From the NCBI GenBank assembly GCA_020722725.1, contig DYKG01000003.1, forward strand, positions 45,129-109,128: a stretch of 64,000 bases of DNA, read 5' to 3'. A program made the translations under genes and the position numbers. Positions 34,896 through 45,221 of the stretch are shown here, piece after piece; position 1 is the first letter of the stretch; each line of letters starts with the position of its first letter. The DNA is from Candidatus Methylomirabilis sp. Lineage in GTDB: Bacteria > Muiribacteriota > Ozemobacteria > Ozemobacterales > Ozemobacteraceae. The notes beneath the pieces are model-generated. The model had not been told where the DNA came from. It made no database searches and saw nothing but the letters and a program-made list of their open reading frames with translations.

Positions 34896-36750
34896 AAATA
34901 AAACCGGGTTTGCTTTTCTCACCGGAATTCTCTGCCTGATTGCGGTCATCGCCCAGGGACAGATAACTGATTCCACCATCAGATTCAGCACTCCAAACCT
35001 TAATCTGGTTTTTCAACCGCCCCTGCGATCGGGGTTCAATTCAGAGCACCCTCTTGAGATAGAACTGCCGCAACTCAATCTGGCAGTAAATCTGTTTGAG
35101 AATTATATGCAATACCTTCTGAAGCTGCAGAAAATCGCGACCGGAACAACTTTGCAGATGATCTATGCGCCCGGCCAGTCTTCAGAAAGCTGGGATGAAA
35201 ACCCCAACCTGATCAAACTCAGTGATACCGGCATGAATCAGATCCTGCAAAAGGTAAACCGGTTTCTCGCCGACAAAAACACTACCGATGCCGCATACCT
35301 GCTTGACAATGCCGAATCGCTGCTGAAAATTCCTGACAATTTCAGCCGACGCACTTGTGAAGTCGCCGAAAAGATTGAACTTGCCAACCTTTCCTCTTTC
35401 ATCGACAGTCTCGAACCTGATTGCGACATGGCGATTGCCGATGCCGGCCTGGTTTTTGTGACCCGCCCTCATAAAAACGGCAACCGCATCCTTCGTTTTT
35501 CAGAACAGAACAACGTATGCAGCGGCAGCATCATGCTTGAACCTGGAAAGGCCTGGTATTCAGGATTACGACCCGACAAAAAAGGCCAGTATCTCGCATT
35601 TACCGAAGGAAACGAGCCAATGCTGATCAAATTGGGTAAATCTGAACCGGTCAAGTTTTTTCCCCAGCGAAAAACCCTGCTGATGGCCATGGAGTGGTCG
35701 CCAAAAAAGCCGGTGCTTGCCGGAATGGTGCTCGACCTCGATACCCAGGAGCGCCTGTTTTTTGTATATGACGCAGAAAAACAGAAGATGGTTGACCTGG
35801 CCGGAATCGAGAATCTTAAAGCCAATTACCTGTATGCCCACCCTTTCTGGTCGCCAGACGGCAATCGCCTTATCATGACCACCGGGCGGCAGATAAACCT
35901 CATCGATTTAACCGAGTATCGGGTTTACCCTGGTATTACCAGCCTTCCCAACGAGATTTCTGAGCTTATCTGGTCTGGCGACAACAATTCTTTTGCTGTT
36001 GTTGAAATAATCGGCCAGGCAAGAAGCAAAACGGTTTTTGACGACTACGATCTACGCAAATCTGTGCTGCATCGATTCAGAATCAACAAGGACTTCAGTG
36101 TTACCGAAGACCATGCCCAGAGCATTGATTCACGCAACAGCATCAAACTTTTGAGCTTCTGGACCAATGATCGGGTACTGTATCTTGAGGGCCACCTGAT
36201 CAGCAAAAAGCTCAACACTCCATTCTGGGATCTGAGCAAATCGTTTACCGCTTACCTGACGCCAGCCCCGACTCAATCCATATCACGTGAAGATTCGGCA
36301 AAAGTAAAAAAATCCGAGCCAACTGCACTGCCGATGAAATACCTTTATGTTTTCCGAAACCTGGACGGCAAGTTCAACAATGTTTATGATGCCGGCTTTG
36401 CTCATACCAACCATGTTTATTCTGAAGATTTCTATAATCTCTGGTTCATCGGCCTGCGACGACCTGATGAACTCGAGGCCAGTCATGGCTCTTTCAATCT
36501 CAGAGCATCGCCTTATCCATTCCCTGAAAAAAACCAATTCGTCTTCGTGGATTACCCATCGGCCAAGATGAAAAAATTCTGCCGGTTCCTTGAAGATTAC
36601 AGTCTGCGATTTCTTAGAATCACCGCTGATTGCAGCAATCTGTATTTTCTCGCAAATTTCTGCGGTCCACTCAACGTCTGGGAAGGTAGTCTGGACTCCA
36701 TTGTCAACGGGCTGACCGCCACATCTGAACCGACCGAAAGTCAGAATTGA
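34882..36750 (+). CDS. Secreted hypothetical protein, probably a TolB-like beta-propeller
   Basis: ATG 34882 is preceded by GGAGG. Signal peptide MKKFENKTGFAFLTGILCLIAVIAQG. Repeated WSPDGNRL/WSGDNNSF motifs. The ORF-track start 34840 would overlap ispG by 56 nt. Confidence 0.45.
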   Translation: MKKFENKTGFAFLTGILCLIAVIAQGQITDSTIRFSTPNLNLVFQPPLRSGFNSEHPLEIELPQLNLAVNLFENYMQYLLKLQKIATGTTLQMIYAPGQSSESWDENPNLIKLSDTGMNQILQKVNRFLADKNTTDAAYLLDNAESLLKIPDNFSRRTCEVAEKIELANLSSFIDSLEPDCDMAIADAGLVFVTRPHKNGNRILRFSEQNNVCSGSIMLEPGKAWYSGLRPDKKGQYLAFTEGNEPMLIKLGKSEPVKFFPQRKTLLMAMEWSPKKPVLAGMVLDLDTQERLFFVYDAEKQKMVDLAGIENLKANYLYAHPFWSPDGNRLIMTTGRQINLIDLTEYRVYPGITSLPNEISELIWSGDNNSFAVVEIIGQARSKTVFDDYDLRKSVLHRFRINKDFSVTEDHAQSIDSRNSIKLLSFWTNDRVLYLEGHLISKKLNTPFWDLSKSFTAYLTPAPTQSISREDSAKVKKSEPTALPMKYLYVFRNLDGKFNNVYDAGFAHTNHVYSEDFYNLWFIGLRRPDELEASHGSFNLRASPYPFPEKNQFVFVDYPSAKMKKFCRFLEDYSLRFLRITADCSNLYFLANFCGPLNVWEGSLDSIVNGLTATSEPTESQN

Positions 36751-36864
36751 ATCTGCAGGTCTTTAATCGACAGCAATCTTGATTCGCAAACGAAAGACAA
36801 TGCTTGCCTGAAACCAAGTTTTTTCATATACTGGTTCGACCCAAAATTTAAGGGGGGAAAGAGA

Positions 36865-38472
36865 ATGAAAAAACTGTCTGTGATGTTTGTGTGTTTTTTA
36901 CTGCTGGCAAACTGTGTACAGGGCGCAGGTAAAACGGTAATTTATGATGACAGGCATGGCCAGACTGCCGGCAACGCTGACTGGATCCCGGCCGGGGCCT
37001 ACTCAGAGATGGTTGACATGCTCAAAGCCAACGGCTTTGAAATTGAAATGCTCAGCAAAGTTGCAGCAGATGGCAAGTTTACTGCCGAACTGCTTGAAAA
37101 ATACAATGCAATAATTCTTGCCGAGCCCAATAATCCGTATTCAGAAAATGAACAGAAAGCCTTCGTCGATTTCGTTCGCAACGGCGGCGGAGCTTTTCTG
37201 GTAGGCGACCATGGAAATGCTGACCGTGACAATGATGGCTGGGACGCGGTTCTCGCTCTCAATACCTTCTGTCCGAAATTTGGCTTCAAATTCAATGGCG
37301 ACATGCTTTACGAAGCACCGCTTTCAGGAAAAGCCAATACCGATCATCCGGCCATGTTCGGGGTACGCGGAGTTGGAGCCTGGGCAGGCTCAACCTTCTC
37401 GATCGTTGAGGCTGAAGATGCGAAGGCTGTAGGGCTTATCGACAGCCGTTTCAAAAAAGCTCCGTTCGTTGTTGCCGCCGAATTAGGCGCAGGCAGAGTG
37501 GTTGCGATCGGCGACAGCTCTCCTTTCGATGACGGAACCGGCAGTGGCGGACATAACAAGCTGCATGACAGCTACGATTCTTTCATGTATTCGCACCCAC
37601 AGCTAGCTTACAATGCGATGGTCTGGGTATGCGGCAGCAACCCTGACAAGCGCATTCCTTCAAGAAAAGTAGCCTTTTTCAATGAAGCCCGGGCCGAAAA
37701 TCGCAGTCACAATATTCTGATCGACGCGGCTCATGGAAATGCCGCATCAGACAAAATGGAAACCTTTGAGCGCCACATGCACAAAAATGGTTTCAAGGTT
37801 TTTTATACTTTGAACCTGATCAAGCCTGAAATGCTTGAAAACTTCGGCACTCTCATTGTTCCAGACCCCTCGCTTCGCTATATTGACTCTGAAACCAGTT
37901 CAATTGCCGAGTGGTTCAACCGCGGCGGCAACCTGATCATCGGCGGATCATGGGATTCTTCGAAGCTGCGCGGAACCGAAACGATCAATTCCATTCTCAA
38001 GGGGCTGGGCTCAGTGATGAAGCTCAATGACGATCAGGTCTGGGATAACACCAACAAAACCAACAAGCCCTGGGGTGTTCTGGCGCACGTGCTCAAAAAA
38101 GGGCACCCGGTTACCCAGGGAGTTAAAACCGTTATCACCTGGGGCACCTGTTCACTGATCGACCGCAACAACAATCCCCTGACCGAAGCTGCCGGCGTAG
38201 AAATTATGATTACCGGAGATGATGACAGTTTCAACAAAGACGGTCACACCAGGTATCCGGCGGTTATTTACCCCAAAGGCATGCCTATTCCTGTAATGGC
38301 CATCGAGAAAATCGTGAACGGCACCCTGGTTCTGATTGGCTGTTGCAACTTTACCGACTACCAGTATCCCGACAGCGACATAAACATGGCACAACCGGGA
38401 CCATCTCCGTTTGAACATGAAACTCCGGCTATTTACGACAATCTGATGAAATATCTGACTCCGAGAAAATAA
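36865..38472 (+). CDS. Secreted protein with two GATase1-like (ThuA-like) repeats, function unknown
   Basis: Signal peptide MKKLSVMFVCFLLLANCVQG. Two homologous halves: ...IILAEPNNPYSENEQKAFVDFVRNGGGAFLVGDHGNAD and ...LIVPDPSLRYIDSETSSIAEWFNRGGNLIIGGSWD. RBS AAGGGGGGAAAGAGAATG. Confidence 0.3.
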   Translation: MKKLSVMFVCFLLLANCVQGAGKTVIYDDRHGQTAGNADWIPAGAYSEMVDMLKANGFEIEMLSKVAADGKFTAELLEKYNAIILAEPNNPYSENEQKAFVDFVRNGGGAFLVGDHGNADRDNDGWDAVLALNTFCPKFGFKFNGDMLYEAPLSGKANTDHPAMFGVRGVGAWAGSTFSIVEAEDAKAVGLIDSRFKKAPFVVAAELGAGRVVAIGDSSPFDDGTGSGGHNKLHDSYDSFMYSHPQLAYNAMVWVCGSNPDKRIPSRKVAFFNEARAENRSHNILIDAAHGNAASDKMETFERHMHKNGFKVFYTLNLIKPEMLENFGTLIVPDPSLRYIDSETSSIAEWFNRGGNLIIGGSWDSSKLRGTETINSILKGLGSVMKLNDDQVWDNTNKTNKPWGVLAHVLKKGHPVTQGVKTVITWGTCSLIDRNNNPLTEAAGVEIMITGDDDSFNKDGHTRYPAVIYPKGMPIPVMAIEKIVNGTLVLIGCCNFTDYQYPDSDINMAQPGPSPFEHETPAIYDNLMKYLTPRK

Positions 38473-38481
38473 AACTGACAG

Positions 38482-38522
38482 ATTCGCTGCCGGTATTATT
38501 GCCGGCAGCGAATAATTTTTTA
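38482..38522 (+). terminator. Strong rho-independent terminator
   Basis: Perfect 12-bp stem ATTCGCTGCCGG / CCGGCAGCGAAT (38482-38493 / 38502-38513) with an 8-nt loop, followed by AATTTTTTA. Confidence 0.75.
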
Positions 38523-38550
38523 AACAAATTTTTGACTTCAGGAACAAGCA

Positions 38551-39429
38551 ATGGCTAACAAACACAATAAAGACTGGGGTGCATATCTTTACCTGTTACC
38601 CGTAGTCGTAATTCTGGTCACCTTCCATGTGCTGCCGATTTTTTATTCTCTGATCGTCAGCTTTTATGATTGGGACCTGATTGGGAAACCAGAGTATATC
38701 GGAACAGGTAATTATTCGAGACTGTTCGATGATCCGATGTTTTACAAATCGATCTGGAACACGATCTATTATGCAATTATCAGCGTCCCCCTCTCGATTT
38801 TCTGTTCGCTGGGCATTGCTCTGCTGTTGAATAACCCGATATCCGGGATCGGAATTTACCGCACAATTTATTTCATTCCGGTAATCACTTCGATAAACGC
38901 AGTTGCCATTGTGTGGAATTTTATCTACAACCCCGATTTCGGCTTGTTGAACAAGATTCTCGCAGTTTTTGCAATTGAACCGCGAACCTGGCTGCAAGAC
39001 CCTTTCTGGGCTATGCCCTGCATCATTTTCATGAGTGTCTGGAAAGGCCTTGGCTACAACGTAATCATTTTTCTTGCCGGCCTGCAGAACATTCCCAGGC
39101 ATCTTTATGAAGCGGCTCGCATCGATGGCGCAAGCCGCTGGCAGCAGTTTCGTCACATCACCTGGCCATTGCTGACGCCGACGACCTATTTTATTTTTGT
39201 CATCTCAAGCATCGGTTCATTTCAGGTTTTCGCGCAGGTTTACATGATGACCCCGCGAGGCGGGCCGCTGAAAAGCACGATGGTCATCGTTTATTATCTC
39301 TATCGCAAAGCTTTTGAACAGTTTGAATTCGGCTATGCCCTGGCGGCGGCTTTCATTCTCTTCATCATTACTTTCAGCGTGACTCTTTTCAACAAGCTTT
39401 ATCTTGAAAAGAAAGTTCATTACTCATGA
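38551..39429 (+). CDS. Carbohydrate ABC transporter permease (MalF/UgpA-type)
   Basis: Six TM segments. The EAA loop is IFLAGLQNIPRHLYEAARIDGASRWQQFRHITWPLL. Confidence 0.8.
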   Translation: MANKHNKDWGAYLYLLPVVVILVTFHVLPIFYSLIVSFYDWDLIGKPEYIGTGNYSRLFDDPMFYKSIWNTIYYAIISVPLSIFCSLGIALLLNNPISGIGIYRTIYFIPVITSINAVAIVWNFIYNPDFGLLNKILAVFAIEPRTWLQDPFWAMPCIIFMSVWKGLGYNVIIFLAGLQNIPRHLYEAARIDGASRWQQFRHITWPLLTPTTYFIFVISSIGSFQVFAQVYMMTPRGGPLKSTMVIVYYLYRKAFEQFEFGYALAAAFILFIITFSVTLFNKLYLEKKVHYS

Positions 39430-39439
39430 GGACGCAGCC

Positions 39440-40438
39440 ATGATAAAAGTTAAACACCCCGAGCATATTGCAATTCATATTCTGTTGATAATCGGCTCGA
39501 TTTTCATGCTGTTTCCCTTCGTCTGGATGATCACCACCTCGGTTAAAGGTGAAGATGAAATTCTCAACAGCAGCAAATCGATTGTAATCCTTCCCGACAG
39601 CCTGCGCCCTGACTTCCTCAACTCAGACGAAGACCGCCAACGCATCGCCAGGAGAGAAGAACGTGAAAAAGCCTATTACGAAGAAATGGCCAGGCCCGTC
39701 GAACAACGCAACTCAAGAGTCAAAAAACCGTTTAACTTTTTTGACAATTACCGCGAAGCCTGGACCGCCCAGCAGGGCAGCGGCAAAGACCCGTGGTATC
39801 TGCAGCCTTTTGGCAGGTATTTTCTCAACACTCTGTTTGTTACCATAACAGTAACAGCAGGATCTCTGTTTTTCGCCTCAATGTCAGCCTACGCCTTCGC
39901 TTTTTTCAAATTTCCGTTTAAAGACACCATCTTTATGATGATGCTTGGCACGATGATGATTCCTCAGCAGGCCCTGTTGATTCCGAACTATATTTTTCTG
40001 GCTAAATTAGACTGGATCAACACCTACATGGCTCTAATAGTTCCATGGCTGGCCTCGGCCTATTCAGTGTTCTTTCTGCGCCAGTTCTTTCTGCAGCTGC
40101 CAAAAGACCTTTTCGAAGCTGCAACCATTGATGGCTGTAGTCGGTTCCAGTTTTATTACAAGGTAGTTCTGCCATTGAGCAAACCGCCGATGGTAACTCT
40201 TGGCATATTCTCTTTTCTGGCCAACTGGAACAGTTTCGTCTGGCCGTTGATCGTAACCAACGACACCAATATGCGGGTTATTCAGGTCGGATTGAGTTAT
40301 TTTTCCAGTGAAGCGGGAACCAAATGGGGCCCGTTGATGGCAGCATCGACCTTCACCATTCTGCCGCTGGTTATCATGTATTTTCTGGCCCAGAAACAGT
40401 TCGTTGAGTCGCAGGCCACCACTGGTATGAAGGAGTAA
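39440..40438 (+). CDS. Carbohydrate ABC transporter permease (MalG/UgpE-type) with a charged insertion in the first loop
   Basis: EAATIDGCSRFQFYYKVVLPLSKPPMV. The start is moved to ATG 39440 (MIKVKHPEH...) because the ORF-track start 39404 overlaps the upstream permease. There is an insertion RIARREEREKAYYEEMARPVEQRNSRVKK. Confidence 0.75.
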   Translation: MIKVKHPEHIAIHILLIIGSIFMLFPFVWMITTSVKGEDEILNSSKSIVILPDSLRPDFLNSDEDRQRIARREEREKAYYEEMARPVEQRNSRVKKPFNFFDNYREAWTAQQGSGKDPWYLQPFGRYFLNTLFVTITVTAGSLFFASMSAYAFAFFKFPFKDTIFMMMLGTMMIPQQALLIPNYIFLAKLDWINTYMALIVPWLASAYSVFFLRQFFLQLPKDLFEAATIDGCSRFQFYYKVVLPLSKPPMVTLGIFSFLANWNSFVWPLIVTNDTNMRVIQVGLSYFSSEAGTKWGPLMAASTFTILPLVIMYFLAQKQFVESQATTGMKE

Positions 40439-40440
40439 TT

Positions 40441-41835
40441 ATGCGAATATTTCTAATAGGCGTTTTAATTACCTGGTTGATTATTGTCGGTTTCATCATA
40501 AAGGGAGATCGGGAAGCTGCAGGGCTCAGCCAGCAGCAACCTGGTACCGACAAGGTTCAGATCGTTTTCTGGCATGCGATGGGCGGCCCGCTGGGTCGGG
40601 TGATGACAGACCTCATCGACCGTTACAACAAAAGCCAGAACAGTTATTTCATCAAGGCAGTCGGCATGGGCAGCTACGATACCCTGGCCAAAAAGATCCT
40701 TGCATCTCTGGTTGCCCATGAAGCGCCTGACATTGCTCAAAACTATGAAACTCTGACCAAAAAATTCATCAAACACCACAAGATTGTCTGCCTCGACGAT
40801 CTGATTGCTTCTGAAAGCGAAGATATCAAAGACGACATCATTCCGGTTCTACTCGAAAACAACACTTTCGACGGCAAGCTTTATTCGTTTCCATTCAACA
40901 AAAGTGTGCCGGTTCTCTATTACAACAAAGATATTTTCAAACGCGTCGGGCTCGACCCGGAAAAACCACCGGAAACACTGGAGCAACTGGCCGAATATGC
41001 CCGCAAAATCACGCAGTATCACCAGACCACACCCGGGGCCGATACCAGCGTTTATGGTTACGGCAACAGCAAAGCCAATGTCTGGGGCTATCTGAACCGT
41101 ATTCTTCAATTTGGCGGCAAGATCGTCAATGATGAAGGCAACAAATCGCATTTTGATGAAGAAGCTGCGGTAAACGCTCTGCTTTCACTGCAAACCATGC
41201 TTTTCGAAGAAATTGCCAAAGAAGGCCAGGGATTCGATCATCAGAACGATTTCATTGCCGGCAAATGCGCGATAATCGAAAGCAGTATCGTGAGCAAAGT
41301 GTACATGGAAGAAAGCCTGAATTTTGAATTCGGCGTTGCGCCTTTACCAGGGCAGAAAACAAAAGGGGTTATCCTGTCGGGAACCAACATCAACATTTTT
41401 AACAATGGCGATCCCCGCAAAGTTGCCGGAGCCTGGGATTTTATCAAATGGTTTACTTCAACCGAAATCAGCGCTGAATGGAGCATTCGCACCACTTATA
41501 TGCCCGTGCGCAAGTCTTCACTAAAAAGCGAATATTTCATCAATGCCCAGGCCCGCGACCCGAACCTCAAAGCTCCTTACGTGCAGCTCGATTATTGCCA
41601 TTTTGAGCCACGACTTACCTGCTGGTTCGAGGTTCGCGATCTGATGGCCGACCATCTTGAGCGTGCAAGTATTGAAATTATCAAAATGAAAGACGAATAC
41701 CGCATCGGGAAACCTGAAGGCTGGCAGTTCAAGGCCGAGCAGGATACCAGATCTCTATTACTTGAAACAATCAAAAGACAATGTGAGGAAATGGCCATAG
41801 ATGTCAATGCAATACTCAGACATAATACCGACTAA
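40441..41835 (+). CDS. Extracellular solute-binding protein (family 1, sugar) with an N-terminal TM anchor
   Basis: MRIFLIGVLITWLIIVGFIIKG anchor, then VQIVFWHAMGGP...YNKS..., typical of sugar-binding proteins. Unusual order: it follows the two permeases, and no ATPase gene is adjacent. Confidence 0.75.
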   Translation: MRIFLIGVLITWLIIVGFIIKGDREAAGLSQQQPGTDKVQIVFWHAMGGPLGRVMTDLIDRYNKSQNSYFIKAVGMGSYDTLAKKILASLVAHEAPDIAQNYETLTKKFIKHHKIVCLDDLIASESEDIKDDIIPVLLENNTFDGKLYSFPFNKSVPVLYYNKDIFKRVGLDPEKPPETLEQLAEYARKITQYHQTTPGADTSVYGYGNSKANVWGYLNRILQFGGKIVNDEGNKSHFDEEAAVNALLSLQTMLFEEIAKEGQGFDHQNDFIAGKCAIIESSIVSKVYMEESLNFEFGVAPLPGQKTKGVILSGTNINIFNNGDPRKVAGAWDFIKWFTSTEISAEWSIRTTYMPVRKSSLKSEYFINAQARDPNLKAPYVQLDYCHFEPRLTCWFEVRDLMADHLERASIEIIKMKDEYRIGKPEGWQFKAEQDTRSLLLETIKRQCEEMAIDVNAILRHNTD

Positions 41836-42832
41836 CCTTCAGCAGGATCTCGATCGAATAATCGAGCGCATAAAAACAAGTTCATCGATACTGGTGGCTT
41901 CGCACCTAAGGCCTGATGGCGATGCCATCGGCTCTCTTTCAGGCCTGGTAAAATCTTTGCGCAAAGCGGGTAAAAAGGTTGATGCGGCGCTGCTTGACGG
42001 CATACCTGAAAGATTCGCTTTCGTTTTTCCTGATCAGCAGGTAATTCAGAACGTCAGCATTGATTCAACTCATGACATGATCATCATTCTTGACTCAGGC
42101 GACGATACCAGAACCGGAATAACCTATAATCGTGCCCCAATTAAGACTACGCTGGTCAATATTGATCATCACGCGAGCAATACGAATTTCGGTGATCTGA
42201 ATTACGTTGACACCGGAGCCTCATCAACCTGCGAAATAATAGCCGGACTGATCAATCGGGCCGGGCTGCCACTCGATGCAGATGTGGCTTTCAGCTTGCT
42301 TCTTGGTCTTATAACCGATTCACGGTCTTTTCAGAATGAGGGAATTCGGCATACGGCTCATCTTTCTGCCGCCATGCTGCTGAAAACCGGGGTTGACAGC
42401 ACTCCGATTCTCAATGCTCTCAATGGGGGGCGCAGTGAAGAAGACCTTCGAGTTCAGGGCTTTGGCCTGAGCCACTTCAAACTTGAATGCAACCGGGCAC
42501 TCGCGACTCTGGTGATCAAACAATCAGACCTGCAGAAATTAAATGCACAGATCGGCAATATCTTCGGCAGTGGAATTTTCAACATTCTAACCAGCATGAA
42601 AAACACTCTCGCAAGCGTAGTTATCTTTGAACGTGAAGATGGTATGGCTTTTTGCGAATTTCGGTCCCGTGGCGGCATTGACGTCAAGGAAGTGGCGGTT
42701 GCAATGGGCGGTGGCGGTCATGTTCCGGCATCGGGGTGCAGCCGCAATGCCCCCGTTGACGAAGTGGCTTCAGAAGCTATCAGTCGTATGATTCAGCAGG
42801 TCAGCAGAAGCATCGAGGGACTGCAGATGTGA
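41801..42832 (+). CDS. DHH/DHHA1 phosphoesterase (NrnA-like), paralog 1
   Basis: ASHLRPDGDAIGS, DHHASN and a GGGH motif near the C-terminus. Overlaps the end of the binding-protein gene by 35 nt. Confidence 0.7.
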   Translation: MSMQYSDIIPTNLQQDLDRIIERIKTSSSILVASHLRPDGDAIGSLSGLVKSLRKAGKKVDAALLDGIPERFAFVFPDQQVIQNVSIDSTHDMIIILDSGDDTRTGITYNRAPIKTTLVNIDHHASNTNFGDLNYVDTGASSTCEIIAGLINRAGLPLDADVAFSLLLGLITDSRSFQNEGIRHTAHLSAAMLLKTGVDSTPILNALNGGRSEEDLRVQGFGLSHFKLECNRALATLVIKQSDLQKLNAQIGNIFGSGIFNILTSMKNTLASVVIFEREDGMAFCEFRSRGGIDVKEVAVAMGGGGHVPASGCSRNAPVDEVASEAISRMIQQVSRSIEGLQM

Positions 42833-43941
42833 ATATAGTTGCTGCATTAGCGTTTATTCTGCTGATGGTTCAGCCGGTTTTTTCACAGGAAACCGGAAAG
42901 GCACAGTTTACCCTGGAGTTCAACGGAATCGGAGAAGTTATTCTTGAACAGCATCTGTTCGAAAATGGCAGCCAGGAAAACACCCAGCTGGTATTGCAAC
43001 GACTAGGCGGAATGCGTGAAATAATCGACACAGTTGAGGGTCTTCTGCCGGCAGATTTACGAAAATTTGATCTGGATGCGGATTCATCTCCGGAAATTAT
43101 TGCACTGCTGAGGCACCCTGACTGTATCGATGTCATGCCATACATTTATCGGCTTCAGAAAACTTTTGTCAGAGCCTACCCTGATGCAGAAAACCCTGAT
43201 GCTTCCGGGCTGATCTGTAAAGAAATCGTTTTAACCGCAGATGAAAAAAATCCCCTGCTTTGCGCCAAGAATATCGTGTCATTTCATGATTTTGGCCCAC
43301 CGTACCTTTATCAGCTCGAATTTTATCGTTTTACCCGTCAGGGGCTGGAAATTTTCAACCGCACCTTCAGTGAAGGTGACCATTTTAACATTCTTATGAA
43401 TCGCGGTGCCGTGGCATTTAATGAGACAAAATATCTTGAAGCCATTGAATTTTACGAGCAGGCGGTTTCTTCTTCTACCGGAGAAATCACTACTAAAGCC
43501 TTTATCGAATCGCTTTTCAACATGGCAGAGGCAAGAAAATTAAGCAAAGATTTTAAAATTTCACTTGAACTTTTTCAGAAAATCGTTCTGGAATTTGGGC
43601 AAAATCATAGAACTGATGCTGCGCAAAAGGAAATAGAGTTGATTTCGACCGGTCTGGAAAAGCCTGAAATTCTCTCATACCTTATCGATGCAACAATCAT
43701 GTTAAACAGCAATAAATGGGAAGAGGCTCTTGCTCTGGTTGAAAACCGGCCAGCCGGTGCATTGGAAGATCATTTTCTTTTTATTAAAGCCGAGATTCTG
43801 ACCGCACAAAACCGTATCGACGAAGCGATTAAGGTTTTCAATGAGTTAAAAACCAGATTTCCCGAAAGCATGCTGCTTGAAGAAGTCGATCAAATGTTAG
43901 AAGACATGCAGGGCGACCCCGAAGAGTCAGAGGGATTGTAA
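42829..43941 (+). CDS. Secreted hypothetical protein with a TPR-like helical C-terminal half
   Basis: Signal peptide MNIVAALAFILLMVQPVFSQE. TPR-like segments (YLEAIEFYEQA..., WEEALALVEN...). ATGA-type overlap with the preceding gene. Confidence 0.4.
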   Translation: MNIVAALAFILLMVQPVFSQETGKAQFTLEFNGIGEVILEQHLFENGSQENTQLVLQRLGGMREIIDTVEGLLPADLRKFDLDADSSPEIIALLRHPDCIDVMPYIYRLQKTFVRAYPDAENPDASGLICKEIVLTADEKNPLLCAKNIVSFHDFGPPYLYQLEFYRFTRQGLEIFNRTFSEGDHFNILMNRGAVAFNETKYLEAIEFYEQAVSSSTGEITTKAFIESLFNMAEARKLSKDFKISLELFQKIVLEFGQNHRTDAAQKEIELISTGLEKPEILSYLIDATIMLNSNKWEEALALVENRPAGALEDHFLFIKAEILTAQNRIDEAIKVFNELKTRFPESMLLEEVDQMLEDMQGDPEESEGL

Positions 43942-45221
43942 TGGCCAGGGAAAGCAAGAAGAAAAAAAAATGGCAGGTCGAAAAAGAAGGCATGTCGCCT
44001 CTGCAGAAAGGCTTGATAATCGCCATAGTTTCGTTTATCCCGTTTTTCTTTTTCATTTTGTTGCCAGTTCTTGCCAGAGACCATTTCGTAAAGAATCTCA
44101 AAATTCCCCCGGATATTTTTCTTAGCCCACCTCAGGAAATCAGCCTGGTCAAAACTGCTGATGTGGGTAAAACATTCAAAATTCGCATCAATGGCGTTGA
44201 ATTCAAGATACCGGTAGCTTTTACCCCGGTAAAAATAGGCTCGAATTTTATTGAACTGGCATCAGGGGCAAGGCGTCTTTCTCAGACCATTTCCATCGTC
44301 AGCCTTATCGAACCCCGAAAGATCGACTACACCAGTACTGGTTTTGCCGGCTGGTTCATGCCCGAATCAGTTCTAGCCTTTATGCAGACCATTCTTCGGG
44401 CAACCTGGCATCCGGTTCGCCTGATGTTCAAAGCCCAGTTTTTTGCCAGCGAAGGAATTGCCAGCCGAATATTTGAAGCCAGATGGGATGCACATCATCG
44501 CGGATTCATTTTTCCCACTCCCGGGCAGAGCGGCTACATCGGTAGAGTGTTTTGCACCAACGGCCCGGGGTATTTTGAATTTTCAATGCGCGATCAGGTT
44601 AATCCGGTATCTTTGCAGCAATGGGTTAACCTGGCGATGAAGATCAAGCCCCCGGCCGTTGAAGATCAAACACAAGATCCATTTGTTCCCGCCTTTTTCA
44701 ATCTGGAAATGATGCAAAAACAGGCTTCACAGCCCGAACATCAGGTTGAAGTTTTAAGTCGAGCCATCAACGAGTTTTTCCGCACTGAAAAGGCAATGTG
44801 GCTGATTCCTGTCGCACTGGTAATGCGCGAAAGAGGCTACAACTCCCAGGTAATCGATCTTCACCGGCGTTATCTAAACGCATTTCCCATCGGTTCACCT
44901 CTCAAGGAAACCTGGAACAGCATTCTTGATCAGACGGTCGGCAATACCCTCAAGCTTGAAATCGATACTAAATTGCAAAAAAAAGAGCTGAGAATTTTCT
45001 GCAAAAACCTCACAGAAAAACAGATTGGCAAAATTCTGGTAAAAATTATCGTCAAATACCCCGGCAGCCCTGAAAAAAGCTTTATAGCAACTCTTCTACA
45101 GAATGAAAGACTCTACGAACTGCAGGAAAAAGAATTAATGGCCATCGCACCGGCAGATGTTCCGCTCGCAGAAGCCGAATCCATCGATTACCGCATAATG
45201 CAGATCGACTTTATCGATTAA
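43941..45221 (+). CDS. Hypothetical membrane-anchored protein (Lys-rich N-terminus, single TM)
   Basis: MARESKKKKKWQVEKEG... then TM LIIAIVSFIPFFFFILLPVLA. No recognisable domain. Confidence 0.4.
   Translation: MARESKKKKKWQVEKEGMSPLQKGLIIAIVSFIPFFFFILLPVLARDHFVKNLKIPPDIFLSPPQEISLVKTADVGKTFKIRINGVEFKIPVAFTPVKIGSNFIELASGARRLSQTISIVSLIEPRKIDYTSTGFAGWFMPESVLAFMQTILRATWHPVRLMFKAQFFASEGIASRIFEARWDAHHRGFIFPTPGQSGYIGRVFCTNGPGYFEFSMRDQVNPVSLQQWVNLAMKIKPPAVEDQTQDPFVPAFFNLEMMQKQASQPEHQVEVLSRAINEFFRTEKAMWLIPVALVMRERGYNSQVIDLHRRYLNAFPIGSPLKETWNSILDQTVGNTLKLEIDTKLQKKELRIFCKNLTEKQIGKILVKIIVKYPGSPEKSFIATLLQNERLYELQEKELMAIAPADVPLAEAESIDYRIMQIDFID

Noticed and set aside
36751-36840. 27-aa minus-strand mini-ORF (MKKLGFRQALSFVCESRLLSIKDLQIQF) in the 36751-36864 intergenic region
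   Set aside because: No RBS or conservation evidence. It overlaps the RBS region of the 36865 gene and is probably spurious.
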